Origin: an uncultured Solirubrobacteraceae bacterium
GTDB taxonomy: Bacteria > Actinomycetota > Thermoleophilia > Solirubrobacterales > Solirubrobacteraceae
Direction: 5' to 3'
Assembly (NCBI GenBank): GCA_964588985.1
Contig: CAZPQW010000008.1
Coordinates: forward strand, 32,001 to 96,000
Length of the DNA: 64,000 nt
Shown here: piece after piece, positions 37,831 to 47,926 of the stretch
How the letters are laid out: every line of letters begins with the position of its first letter
Numbering within the stretch: the first letter of the stretch is position 1
The notes under the pieces: model-generated
Told to the model about the DNA's origin: nothing
The model's input: the letters and a program-made list of their open reading frames with translations, nothing else
Databases searched by the model: none
Translations under genes and position numbers: made by a program

Positions 37831-37843
37831 CTCTGACCGATAG

Positions 37844-39526
37844 CTAGAAGACGCGACCGAACCGCGTCGCGATGTCGTAAGGGTAGATGTACATGGTCAT
37901 CGCTTCGAAGCGATAGGCGGCGAGCGGCTTCCCGAGCCCCGCGGGAAGCGCGCGGACTTCGATGCCGTTGGCGTCCACCACGAGGAACGTGTGCCGCCGC
38001 TGTGGGACGTACCACGCCGGCACGTACGCCTGGAAGCCCGGGCAGAGGTTCGTGCCTTCAGGGTTTTCGCAGTCCTCCACGGGTCTGAGAAGCACGCGGT
38101 TGTGAGAGGCCCACGTCACGCCGGACGCATCACCGAAGTTGGTGTAGCCGACCTGCACGTGGTTGGCCGCGGCGATGCGGATGATGTTCTCTCCGCTGCT
38201 GGCGGTCGTCTTGGTGACGTTCACATAGTCGCTGGTCAGGCCCACGAGGCTCGCGACGAAGAACACCGACGCGCCGAGCGCGATCAGCCATCGTGTCGCC
38301 GAGCGCCTCGCCATGAGCAGGGGGATCACCGCGCCCACCGCGAAGAGGGCGGTCGCGTAATACGATTCGTGCGTCGTCGTCGGACCTTCCCCCGCTATCC
38401 AGAACGCGCCTGCCGCGCACGCCGGGGAGCTGACCCAGTAGATGATGTGAAGGGAGCGCGCGAGCTCGCCGGGCGGTCGCGAGAGGGCCCGGCGAAGGCC
38501 GGACCAGACGAACGTGCCGGCGGTCCAGAGGCCGACGACGATCAGCGCGAGCAGCGCAGCCGACATCACCACGTCGCTCGCGATCCCCAGCGCGGCGTGC
38601 ATCGGGCCCGGCGCTTCGGTTCCGAGATAGCCGTTGAAGAGCTGCTTCAGCCCCTTGAACAGCAGTTCCGCCCTGGCCGGGAGTTCCGCCAGGGTCGCGG
38701 TGTGAATCGGCGAGGGCAGCAGGAGGAAGCCTTCCGCTTTCATGATCGCCGCCGTGATCTTCTCCACCGGGATCGACACGGCCACCGTCGTCAGGGCGGA
38801 TACGGCGAGCAGTCGGGAGCGCCTGTCTCGCTGTGCGGCCGCGAACAGCGCGGTGAGCGCGAGCGGGACGACGGTCGTGATCGCCAGCAGCAGATCGGAG
38901 GCGAGACACGCGCCGACCACGACGCCCAGGATCGGCGGGACCGCGAACGTCGTCAGCCGCCGTCGTCCCTCCTCGCGCGTCAGCCAGATCAGGTACGCGC
39001 CCACCAGCGCGGTGCACGGATAGACCGTGTTGTGCGAGAACGGCGCCATGAAGAACGTCAGCGCTATCGGCGAGGCGACGACGCCGAGGAGCACCGCGAG
39101 GATCGCCGCGCGGCGGCCGGCCAGCTGCTGGACCGACCACCCCACGATCAGGGCGGTGATGAAGAACAGCAGCGTCGGCGCGACGCTCCACAGCTCCCGG
39201 TGCAGCGGCAGCTTCGCGGTCAGCAGCCCGAACCAGAGCGAGGCCCACTGCGGGGAGGAGCCCATCACCGTATGCCCGCCGGTGCCCGTTTCGACGAGCG
39301 TTTCCGGCATCACGTATGCAGAGCCGACGCTCGGGTTCCACGCGAGTGCCGCGAGGTTATGCGGCAGTTGCGCTGCGAACACGACCAGATAGCCGGCCGC
39401 GATCGCGAACGGGACGAGCCAGGGCAGGAGGCTTGCGTCGAGCGAGCGCGGGAAGGAGCCGTCCCGGGCGATCGCCTCCGCGTGCCCCCACGGCTCGCCG
39501 CCGACGTCAATCTTGCTGCGGGCCAA
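37844..39526 (-). CDS. Polytopic membrane protein, possible GT-C glycosyltransferase
   Basis: Many TMs plus a C-terminal soluble domain; paralog of the next gene. Confidence 0.7.
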   Translation of the reverse strand: MARSKIDVGGEPWGHAEAIARDGSFPRSLDASLLPWLVPFAIAAGYLVVFAAQLPHNLAALAWNPSVGSAYVMPETLVETGTGGHTVMGSSPQWASLWFGLLTAKLPLHRELWSVAPTLLFFITALIVGWSVQQLAGRRAAILAVLLGVVASPIALTFFMAPFSHNTVYPCTALVGAYLIWLTREEGRRRLTTFAVPPILGVVVGACLASDLLLAITTVVPLALTALFAAAQRDRRSRLLAVSALTTVAVSIPVEKITAAIMKAEGFLLLPSPIHTATLAELPARAELLFKGLKQLFNGYLGTEAPGPMHAALGIASDVVMSAALLALIVVGLWTAGTFVWSGLRRALSRPPGELARSLHIIYWVSSPACAAGAFWIAGEGPTTTHESYYATALFAVGAVIPLLMARRSATRWLIALGASVFFVASLVGLTSDYVNVTKTTASSGENIIRIAAANHVQVGYTNFGDASGVTWASHNRVLLRPVEDCENPEGTNLCPGFQAYVPAWYVPQRRHTFLVVDANGIEVRALPAGLGKPLAAYRFEAMTMYIYPYDIATRFGRVF

Positions 39527-41243
39527 GGCGCGAGGCGATGTCGTAGGGGTATATGTACATGCTCATCGCTCCCAGCCGATATGTGGCGAGCGGCTTGCCG
39601 AGGCCGGGCGGGAGGGAGCTGACCCAGCCTTCGCCGCTCACCGTCAGCAGGAAGGTGTGGCGTTCCCGGGGTACGTACCACGCCGGCGTGCTCATCAGGT
39701 AGAAGGGGCAGATGTCGGCGCCCTGTGGGTTTTCGCACGCCATCAGCGGCCTGACGGTCACGCGCCCGTGCGTGATCCACGTGAAGACCGACGTTCCGTA
39801 GCCGCCGTAGCCGACCGGCACGTTGTTCGCGCGGGCGATTCGGGTGACGCTCGCGGTGTCAGCGGCGATCCCGTTGGTTAGGTTCATGTAATTGCCCGTC
39901 AGCCCCACGAGGCTCGCGAGGAAGAAGATCGAAGCGCCCACGGGAACCAGGATGCGGCCCAGCCGGCCGGCGGACAGCAGCAGCGGTATCACCGCGGCCA
40001 CCGAGAACAGGGCGGTCGCGTAATACGATTCGTGGAGGTCCGTCCCGCCGCCCGTTTCCGCCGCGATCCAGAACACGGCGCACACCGAGGCCGCCGACCC
40101 AACCCAGTAAACGACGTGCAGAGAGCGGGCCAGCTCATCCGGCGTCTGCGCGCCGCGCCTGCGCAGCGCCGCCCAGATGAGCCTCGCCGTGGCGAGTATC
40201 CCGAGCACGATCAGCGCGAGCAGGGCAGCGGACATGACCACGTCGCTCGCGAGCCCCAGCGCGGGGTGAAGGGTGCCGGGCGCGGTCGGGCCGCCCAGAT
40301 AGCCGTTGAAGAGGCCCTTCAAGCCCTTGAACAGGAGCGTCGCGCGTTCGGGGAGTTCCGACAGCGGTACCGCGTGGGCAGGCGTGGGCAGCTTGAGATA
40401 CCCGGACGAGCGCATGATCGACGAGATCAGCGAGGACACCCCGAGCGCCACCGCCAACGTGCTCAGGGCCGACACGGCGAGCACGCGCGCACGGCGGCCC
40501 GGTTGCACGCCGGCGAGGATCGCCGTCACGGCCAGCGGGACGATCGCCGTGGCCACGAACAGCAGGTCCGATGCCAGGCACGCGCCGACCGCCACCCCCG
40601 CGAGCGGCGGCACCGCCCAGGTCAACGCCGGCCTTCGTCCCTCTCCGCGCGCCAGCCAGACGAGGTACGCGCCGAGCAGGGCGGTGCCCGGGTACACGAA
40701 GTTGTGCGCGTTGGGCGCCATGAAGAACACGAGCGCGAACGGCGAGGCGATCACGCAGATCAGCACGGCGAGGATCGCCGCGCGTCGGGTGCTCAGGCGC
40801 GCGACCGACCAGCCGACGATCAGGGCGGTCGCGAGGAACAGCAGCGTCGGCGCGATCTCCCACAGCTGGCGATGCAGCGGCAGCCCCGCCGTGAGCAGGC
40901 CGATCCACAGCGACAGCCACTGCCCCGAGGAGCTGATCACGGTGTTGCCCCCGGAGCCTGAGCCGGCGAGCGTTTCCGGCAAGGCGAAGGCCGACGCGTA
41001 GTCTGGGTCCCACTGCAGCTCGGTCACGTTGCGCTGCAGGTGCACTACGAACACCACGACATACACGGTCGCGATCGCGAGCGGGAGCTGCCACAGCAGG
41101 GTGAGGAGCTTGTCTCCACCCAGCCTGTCGGCCAGGGGGCGCGCGGACCAGTGCGCGGAGGTGGTGTTCGCGACGCCTGGTGCGCCCGCCGCCTCCGACG
41201 CCAGGTCCGCGTCGGCCGAGTGTCGATGCTCACGCCACCACAT
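39507..41243 (-). CDS. Polytopic membrane protein, possible GT-C glycosyltransferase (tandem paralog)
   Basis: Shared 'LPLHR.LW..APT', 'CLASDLL', 'HESYYATALF', 'YIYPYDIA'; 'WDPD' in first loop. Confidence 0.7.
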   Translation of the reverse strand: MWWREHRHSADADLASEAAGAPGVANTTSAHWSARPLADRLGGDKLLTLLWQLPLAIATVYVVVFVVHLQRNVTELQWDPDYASAFALPETLAGSGSGGNTVISSSGQWLSLWIGLLTAGLPLHRQLWEIAPTLLFLATALIVGWSVARLSTRRAAILAVLICVIASPFALVFFMAPNAHNFVYPGTALLGAYLVWLARGEGRRPALTWAVPPLAGVAVGACLASDLLFVATAIVPLAVTAILAGVQPGRRARVLAVSALSTLAVALGVSSLISSIMRSSGYLKLPTPAHAVPLSELPERATLLFKGLKGLFNGYLGGPTAPGTLHPALGLASDVVMSAALLALIVLGILATARLIWAALRRRGAQTPDELARSLHVVYWVGSAASVCAVFWIAAETGGGTDLHESYYATALFSVAAVIPLLLSAGRLGRILVPVGASIFFLASLVGLTGNYMNLTNGIAADTASVTRIARANNVPVGYGGYGTSVFTWITHGRVTVRPLMACENPQGADICPFYLMSTPAWYVPRERHTFLLTVSGEGWVSSLPPGLGKPLATYRLGAMSMYIYPYDIASRLGPQQD

Positions 41244-41467
41244 GGAAGCGCGAGTCTAAACAGCGTTGTGACTAAAGCAAGAACGATGTGGCTGATTGGA
41301 ATTCCGACAACGCTCGTGGGACCCTCAATTGGCATGAAATCTATCTTCGCCGCCACGAGCCAGTCGGAAACATAAGTAGCCAAATCAGTGAAAAACGCAC
41401 GATCTTCTGTCGCGATCACCTACGATGCGACGAAATGGGATCGCGGCTGAGAAATCGAAAAGGGTAA

Positions 41468-42091
41468 ATGTCACTGTCCGACAACAGTCACAGCGTCACC
41501 TACCTGTCCGCGGCCGCCGACCTGGCGTGGACGATCGAGCCATGCGACCTCGACGCGATGGCGCGGGGGCTCGCGGCGGTCCGTGAGCGCCGCGGCAGGC
41601 TGTTCATCCTCGGGGTGGGCGGTGGCGCCGGACACGCTTCGCACGCGGTCAACGACTTCCGCAAGCTGTGCGCGATCGAGAGCTACGCGCCGACCGACAA
41701 CGTCTCCGAGCTGACCGCACGGACCAACGACGATGGCTGGGAGACGGCGTACAGCGCTTGGCTGGAGGTCTCGCGGCTGTCCGAGCGCGACGCGCTGCTC
41801 GTGTTCTCCGTCGGCGGCGGATCGCGCGAGCACAACGTCTCCACGAATCTGGTGCGGGCGATGGAGGCCGCACACGAGGCCGGGGCGTCGATCTACGGCG
41901 TCGTCGGCGCTCCCGGCGGCACGCTCGGGGAACTCGCCGACGTGGCGATCCGCATCGAACCGCCGGCGGCGCTGCGCACCCCTCTCGTGGAGTCGTTTCA
42001 AGCGGTTGTCTGGCACGCGCTCGTCTCCCATCCAGAGCTTGCGGTCAAAGAAGGCCACTGGGAGTCGCTCGCCGCACCCGCCAAGCCGTGA
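41468..42091 (+). CDS. SIS-domain phosphosugar isomerase (GmhA/LmbN-like)
   Basis: 'GVGGGAGHASHAVND', 'TARTNDDG', 'FSVGGGS', 'ESFQAVVWH'. Confidence 0.88.
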   Translation: MSLSDNSHSVTYLSAAADLAWTIEPCDLDAMARGLAAVRERRGRLFILGVGGGAGHASHAVNDFRKLCAIESYAPTDNVSELTARTNDDGWETAYSAWLEVSRLSERDALLVFSVGGGSREHNVSTNLVRAMEAAHEAGASIYGVVGAPGGTLGELADVAIRIEPPAALRTPLVESFQAVVWHALVSHPELAVKEGHWESLAAPAKP

Positions 42092-42744
42092 GCGCCGGCT
42101 GGGCCTTCGCGCCCGACCGCGGTCCCATGGTGCTCGCGTCAGCTTCCCGCGAAGGTCCCGCGCGCAGCCCGCGAGCGGCGGTGTTCCTGGATCGCGACGG
42201 AGTCATCAACGAGCTGATCGCGGACCCGATCACCGGGCGGGGCGAGTCTCCGCTGCGCGTGGAGGACGTGAGGCTCCTCCCCGGCGCCGCCGCGGCGGTC
42301 GCACTCCTCGCGCGGGCCGGCTACGTGCTGGTGTGCGTCTCCAATCAGCCCGCGGCCGCGAAGGCCACCGTATCGCTCGCAGGGCTGCGGGACGTGCACG
42401 AGCGAGTGATCGAGCTGCTGGCCCGCGAGGGTGTCCGTCTCGACCGCTCCTATCTGTGTCCACACCATCCCGAAGGCGTGGTGGCCGAGCTCGCCGGGGC
42501 GTGCGACTGCCGCAAGCCACGCCCCGGGATGCTGGATGCGGCCTGCGACGCGCTCGCCCTCGACCGTGGCGGATCCTGGATGGTCGGAGACACCGACGCG
42601 GATATCGGAGCGGGCCTCGCGGCCGGATGTCGGACGCTGATGATCCGCAACTCGGGCAGCGCTCACAAGCGTTTGCAGGGATTCCACGCGGACGCCATCG
42701 CCGACAGTCTCATCGACGGGATCGAGCGGCTTCCCCTCGATTAA
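42088..42744 (+). CDS. HAD-IIIA sugar bisphosphate phosphatase (GmhB/LmbK-like)
   Basis: 'FLDRDGVIN', 'SNQP', 'CPHHP..CDCRKP.PGM', 'MVGD'. Confidence 0.9.
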   Translation: MSAGWAFAPDRGPMVLASASREGPARSPRAAVFLDRDGVINELIADPITGRGESPLRVEDVRLLPGAAAAVALLARAGYVLVCVSNQPAAAKATVSLAGLRDVHERVIELLAREGVRLDRSYLCPHHPEGVVAELAGACDCRKPRPGMLDAACDALALDRGGSWMVGDTDADIGAGLAAGCRTLMIRNSGSAHKRLQGFHADAIADSLIDGIERLPLD

Positions 42745-42802
42745 ACAGAGACATTCACACAAATCGTCGCTCGTTATGGTGGCGCTCGACAGGGAATTCA
42801 TC

Positions 42803-43513
42803 ATGCTCGATCAGATCTCCACACGCATATTCGCCGACGGCGCCGACCTCGACGGCATCCTCGCTCTTGCCGCCGATCCACACATATCGGGATTCACCAC
42901 CAACCCGACGTTGATGCGCAAGGTGGGACTCACTGACTACGGGCGCTTCGCGCAGGAGCTGCTCGAGCGCGTCACCGAGCACCCGATCTCCTTCGAGGTG
43001 TTCGCCGACACCGCTCCGGAGATGCGCCGCCAGGCCCACACGATCGCCTCCTGGGGAGAGAACGTGTACGTGAAGATCCCCGTCACGTCGACGACCGGTG
43101 AGTCGATGGCGCAGCTGGCGAGAGAGCTCTCCGAGGATGGGGTGAAAGTGAACGTGACCGCGCTGTTCACCACCGCGCAGGTCGAGCTGATCGCGGCGGC
43201 GGTCGCGAACGGCGCGCCGTCGTACATCTCCGTGTTCGCCGGCCGCATCGCGGACGCGGGAGTCGATCCGATCCCGATCATGGCGCGCTCACTCGAGATC
43301 ATGGAGCAGGCGCCCCACGCGGAGCTGATCTGGGCCTCGCCGCGGGAGATCCTCAACCTCGTCCAGGCAAACGAGATCGGCTGTCACATCATCACGATCA
43401 CCCACGACCTGCTGAAGAAGCTCGACAGCCTCGGCAAGAGCCTCGAGCAGTACTCGCTCGAGACCGTCCAGATGTTCCACGACGACGCGTTGGCCGCGGG
43501 CTTCACCCTCTAG
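42803..43513 (+). CDS. Small transaldolase (LmbR-like)
   Basis: 'FADGAD', 'GFTTNPTL', 'YVKIP', 'VNVTALF', 'SVFAGR'. Confidence 0.92.
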   Translation: MLDQISTRIFADGADLDGILALAADPHISGFTTNPTLMRKVGLTDYGRFAQELLERVTEHPISFEVFADTAPEMRRQAHTIASWGENVYVKIPVTSTTGESMAQLARELSEDGVKVNVTALFTTAQVELIAAAVANGAPSYISVFAGRIADAGVDPIPIMARSLEIMEQAPHAELIWASPREILNLVQANEIGCHIITITHDLLKKLDSLGKSLEQYSLETVQMFHDDALAAGFTL

Positions 43514-43517
43514 TCGC

Positions 43518-44501
43518 GTGAGTAGAGCCTGCATCACCGGTGGCGCGGGGTTCATCGGCAGCAACCTCGCCGATCGGCTCGTCGAGCGCGGATTCGAGGT
43601 CGCGATCCTCGACGACTTCAGCACCGGGCGTCGCGAGTTCGTCACGGAGCTCGAGAACACGCCGGGCGTGCGGCTGATCGAGGGCGACGTGCGCGACATC
43701 TCCGCGGTAGAGAGCGCCGTCGAGGGCTGCGACTGGGTCTTTCACCTGCAGGCGAACGCCGATCTGCGTGGCGGCGTGGAACATCCGCGGCGCGACCTCG
43801 AACAGAACACGATCACGACCGCGAACGTGCTCGAGGCGATGCGACGCCACGGCGTCAGCCGGATCGTGTTCTCCTCCACCGGCTCCGTCTACGGCGAGCC
43901 GGAGGTCTTCCCAACCCCGGAGGACGCCCCCTTCCCTGTGCAGACCTCGCTGTACGCGGCGTCCAAGCTCGCCGGCGAGGGTCTGATCGAGGCCTACGCG
44001 ACCGGCTTTGGCTTCACGGGCGTGATCTGCAGATTCGTGTCGGTGCTCGGCGAGCGCTACACCCACGGGCACGTGTTCGACTTCTACCGCGCGCTCAAGC
44101 GCGACCCCACGCGCCTGCGCGTGCTCGGCGACGGCCGCCAGGAGAAGTCCTACCTGTACGTACAGGACTGCGTCGCGGCGATCCTCGCCGCGGTCGATCG
44201 CCACGGCGAGGATCCGGGCGCGCACATCTACAACCTCGGGACCGACGAAACCCTCGTGGTCGACGAGTCGATCGCGCTGATCGCCGGGCACCTCTCCGCC
44301 TCGCCCGAGATCGAGCACACCGGCGGGCGTCGGGGATGGGTCGGCGACAGCCCGCTCATCCGCCTCGACACCACGCGCATCCGCAGCCTCGGCTGGCGCC
44401 CGCAGCTGACCATCGAGCAGGCCGTGGTCCGCACGCTCGAGTGGTTCGACGCCAACGAGTACGCGTGGGCCGAACAGGAGATCGAGAGCGCGCTGTCATG
44501 A
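43518..44501 (+). CDS. NAD-dependent nucleotide-sugar epimerase (LmbM-like)
   Basis: 'TGGAGFIG', 'SSTGSVYG', 'YAASK'. Confidence 0.92.
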   Translation: MSRACITGGAGFIGSNLADRLVERGFEVAILDDFSTGRREFVTELENTPGVRLIEGDVRDISAVESAVEGCDWVFHLQANADLRGGVEHPRRDLEQNTITTANVLEAMRRHGVSRIVFSSTGSVYGEPEVFPTPEDAPFPVQTSLYAASKLAGEGLIEAYATGFGFTGVICRFVSVLGERYTHGHVFDFYRALKRDPTRLRVLGDGRQEKSYLYVQDCVAAILAAVDRHGEDPGAHIYNLGTDETLVVDESIALIAGHLSASPEIEHTGGRRGWVGDSPLIRLDTTRIRSLGWRPQLTIEQAVVRTLEWFDANEYAWAEQEIESALS

Positions 44502-45484
44502 GCGTCATCTTCAGCCGCGCGCCCTTGCGGATCTCGCTCGGCGGGGGCGGCACCGACCTGCCCTCCTACTACCGCGAGCACGGCGGCTTCCTCGTCTCGG
44601 GCGCGATCGACAAGTACGCCTACATGCTCACCCACACCACCTTCCAGCGGCGCTACAGGATGAAGTACTCCGAGCTGGAGGAGGTCGAGGAGATCAGCCA
44701 GATCCGCCACCCGATACTGCGCGAGAGCCTGCTGCGCCACTGGGCCGGCAGCCCCCTCGAGATCGCCTCCGTGGCCGACGTCCCGGCCGGCACCGGGATG
44801 GGGTCCTCCGGCGCATACACGGTGGCGCTGCTGAAGGGCCTCGCGCGCGCACGCTGCACCGCGATCACCCCCGGGGACCTGGCCGAGGCGGCGTGCGAGA
44901 TCGAGATCGACGTGCTCGGCGAGCCGGTCGGCAAGCAGGACCCCTACGTCGCCGCCCACGGCGGGATCTGCGCCTACACGTTCAACCCGGACGGGAGCGT
45001 CGACGTCGAGCCGCTCGAGCTGGACCCCACGACGCTGAGGCGGATGCGCGACCAGCTGCTGCTGTTCTACACCGGCGAGGCGCGCTCGGCCTCGCACATG
45101 CTCGCCGACCAGGACACGCGTTCGAAGGCCGGGGACGAGCAGATGCTCGCCAACCTGCATCGCACGAAGGAGCTGGGTCGGCAGAGTCACGAGCTGCTGC
45201 GCGGCGGGCGCCTGGAGGAGTACGCGGAGCTGATGCACGAGCACTGGGAGCACAAGCGCGCCCGCTCGCCGGGGATGAGCGACGGCCGCATCGACATGCT
45301 GTATGAGATCGCGCGCCGCACCGGCGCCATCGGCGGCAAGCTCGTGGGCGCCGGCGGCGGCGGGTTCCTGCTCGTCTACACGCTCAGGCCCGAGGAGACC
45401 AGGCAGGCGATGGCGGAGGAGAACGCGCAGGAGCTCGCGTTCGACTTCGAGTTCTCCGGCGCATACGCGAGCGAGTACGCATGA
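44498..45484 (+). CDS. GHMP sugar-phosphate kinase (HddA/LmbP-like)
   Basis: 'RAPLRISLGGGGTD', 'PAGTGMGSS', 'GKQD', 'GAGGGG'. Confidence 0.92.
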   Translation: MSVIFSRAPLRISLGGGGTDLPSYYREHGGFLVSGAIDKYAYMLTHTTFQRRYRMKYSELEEVEEISQIRHPILRESLLRHWAGSPLEIASVADVPAGTGMGSSGAYTVALLKGLARARCTAITPGDLAEAACEIEIDVLGEPVGKQDPYVAAHGGICAYTFNPDGSVDVEPLELDPTTLRRMRDQLLLFYTGEARSASHMLADQDTRSKAGDEQMLANLHRTKELGRQSHELLRGGRLEEYAELMHEHWEHKRARSPGMSDGRIDMLYEIARRTGAIGGKLVGAGGGGFLLVYTLRPEETRQAMAEENAQELAFDFEFSGAYASEYA

Positions 45485-46515
45485 GCAGAGACGGCCTGAG
45501 GGTGGCCGTGCTCGGCTGCGGGCAGATCGGCGCCAAGAGGGCACAGGCCCTCGCGCCACAGGACACGATCGTCGGCTGCTGCGACCTGAACATCGCGGCT
45601 GCCGAGGAGCTCGCCGCGCGTCACGGCGCCCGTGTGTGCGCCACGCCACAGGAGCTGGTCGCGCTCGATCCGGACGTGGTGGTCGTCGCCGCCGTCCACG
45701 ACCAGCTCGCGGGGCTCGTCGAGCTGTCCCTCGCCGCGGGGGCGCACGTGCTCGTCGAGAAGCCCGCCGCGATCTCGACCGCGCAGATCGATCGCCTGCT
45801 CGTCTGCCAGCGGATCAGCGGCCGACTCGTGAAGGTCGGCTTCAACCACCGCTTCCACCCCGGGATCGCCCGCGCCGTCGAGGAGGTTCATTCCGGGCGC
45901 CACGGCGAGCTGATGCACCTGCGAGCCCGCTACGGCCACGGCGGGCGCCCCGGCTACGACCGCGAGTGGCGCGCCCAGCCGGCCCGCTCGGGCGGCGGCG
46001 AGCTGATCGACCAGGGGATGCACCTGCTGGACCTCACCAACTGGATCGCCGGTCCGCTGCCGCTGCACTCCGCGCTGCTGCGCACGCAGTTCTGGGACGC
46101 GGAGGTCGAGGACAACGCCGCGCTGTTGCTCGGCGAGCCGGGGCAGCGGACCGGCCCGTGGGCGATGCTGCACGTGAGCTGGACGGAGTGGAAGAACCTC
46201 TTCTCGCTCGAGATCTACTGCCATACCGCCAAGCTCCAGATCGACGGGCTCGTGCGCTCCTACGGACCGCAGCGGCTGCGGATCTACACGATGGGACCGG
46301 AGCTCGGGCCCCCCGCGCTCGAGGAGATCCATTACTCGGCGGAGGATGGCTCGTGGGCCGCGGAATGGGAGCACTTCGCGGAGGCCGTGGTATCCGGCGA
46401 CGGGCGCGCGCTGCTCGGCGATCTGCGCTCCGCGCGCGACGCCTGGGAGCAGGTGGAGGCCGCGTACGAGACCGACGTGTACGCCGACATGCGCTCGTTG
46501 GCGACGCTTCGATAG
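45481..46515 (+). CDS. Gfo/Idh/MocA oxidoreductase (LmbZ-like)
   Basis: 'GCGQIG', 'VEKP', 'GFNHRFHP', 'GGGELIDQGMH'. Confidence 0.9.
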   Translation: MSRDGLRVAVLGCGQIGAKRAQALAPQDTIVGCCDLNIAAAEELAARHGARVCATPQELVALDPDVVVVAAVHDQLAGLVELSLAAGAHVLVEKPAAISTAQIDRLLVCQRISGRLVKVGFNHRFHPGIARAVEEVHSGRHGELMHLRARYGHGGRPGYDREWRAQPARSGGGELIDQGMHLLDLTNWIAGPLPLHSALLRTQFWDAEVEDNAALLLGEPGQRTGPWAMLHVSWTEWKNLFSLEIYCHTAKLQIDGLVRSYGPQRLRIYTMGPELGPPALEEIHYSAEDGSWAAEWEHFAEAVVSGDGRALLGDLRSARDAWEQVEAAYETDVYADMRSLATLR

Positions 46516-46528
46516 TAGAGGTCACGAG

Positions 46529-47926
46529 ATGGACGCCCCAGTCGAGACGAATCGCTCCGAGCCGATCGCCGTGGTGGGCCTCTGGCACCTGGGGAGCGTG
46601 ATCGCGGCATGCCTGGCGGACGCCGGCAACGACGTCATCGGCCTCGACCCCGACCGCGCCGTCGTCGTCGGGCTCGGCGAAGGTCACCCGCCGGTTTCCG
46701 AGCCGGGACTCCAGGAGCTGCTCGCCGGCAACGCCTCACGCATGGAGTTCACCAGCGACCCGAGGGAGCTCGCGCGGGCGCGCTGCGCGTGGCTGACATT
46801 CGACACACCCGTCGCCGACGACGACGTCGCGGACGTCGAATGGGTGCTCGACCAGGCGGTCGAGCTGCTCGCGCACCTGCGCGAGGACACGCTCGTGGTC
46901 GTCTCCTCGCAGCTGCCCGTCGGCAGCAGCGCGCGCCTGCACGAGCGCTGTGCCGCCGCGCGCGGCCCGGCCGGTGCGCTGCGCTTCGCGTGCGTGCCCG
47001 AGAACCTCAGGCTCGGCAGCGCACTCGAGTCGTTCCGCGAGCCCGACCGGATCGTCGCGGGGGTGCGCACCGAGGCCGACCGCGACGAGCTCGCCGAGCT
47101 GCTCGCGCCGTTTTGCTCGGAGGTGCAGTGGATGCGGGTGGAGTCCGCGGAGATGACCAAGCACGCGCTCAACGGGTTCCTCGCCACGTCGGTCGCGTTC
47201 ATCAACGAGATCGCGTCGATCTGCGAGTCGGTCGGAGCCGACGCGCAGGAGGTCTCGCGCGGCCTCAAGAGCGAGCGGCGGATCGGCCCGCGCGCGTACC
47301 TAGGTCCGGGCGACGCGTTCGCCGGCGGAACGCTCGCGCGCGACATCGGCTTCCTGCGCGGCCTGGCCAAGCGCGAGGGGCTGCCCGCACACGTGTTCGC
47401 CGGAGTCGCGGACGGCAACGCCGCGCACAAGCACTGGACCCGGCGCAAGCTGACCGAGCTGCTCGGCGAGGATCTCGAGGACGGACATGACGTCCTGCGC
47501 GACCGCCGCGTGGCGATCTGGGGGCTCACCTACAAGCCGGGCACCGACACCCTGCGTCGGTCGAGCGCGATCGAGCTGTGCCGATGGCTGCTCACCGAGG
47601 GCGCCAACGTGCGCGCCCACGACCCGGCCGTCAGTGCGCTGCCCTCGGACCTCGCGACCAGGATCGAGCTGTGCGACTCCCCGTTGGAGGCCGCCCGCGA
47701 CGCGGAGATCCTCGTCGTGTGCACGCCCTGGCCCGACTACCTCGAGGTGCCCGCTGAGGAGGTGCTCGAGGCCATGGCGTATGCGAGTGTGATCGACCCG
47801 GCGGGAGCGCTCAGCGCCACGCTCGGCCACCACCCGGGCCTGCGCTACGTGCGCGTCGGCTCGCCGTCGGAGCTCCCCGTGAGCAGGGGAACCGCCACCA
47901 CGGCCGCGCAAGAGGCTCGCAGATGA
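46529..47926 (+). CDS. UDP-glucose/GDP-mannose dehydrogenase-family protein lacking the catalytic Cys (LmbL-like)
   Basis: 'GLWHLG', 'SAEMTKHALN', 'AFAGGTLARD' in place of GFGGSCFPKD, 'GLTYKPGTD'. Confidence 0.85.
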   Translation: MDAPVETNRSEPIAVVGLWHLGSVIAACLADAGNDVIGLDPDRAVVVGLGEGHPPVSEPGLQELLAGNASRMEFTSDPRELARARCAWLTFDTPVADDDVADVEWVLDQAVELLAHLREDTLVVVSSQLPVGSSARLHERCAAARGPAGALRFACVPENLRLGSALESFREPDRIVAGVRTEADRDELAELLAPFCSEVQWMRVESAEMTKHALNGFLATSVAFINEIASICESVGADAQEVSRGLKSERRIGPRAYLGPGDAFAGGTLARDIGFLRGLAKREGLPAHVFAGVADGNAAHKHWTRRKLTELLGEDLEDGHDVLRDRRVAIWGLTYKPGTDTLRRSSAIELCRWLLTEGANVRAHDPAVSALPSDLATRIELCDSPLEAARDAEILVVCTPWPDYLEVPAEEVLEAMAYASVIDPAGALSATLGHHPGLRYVRVGSPSELPVSRGTATTAAQEARR

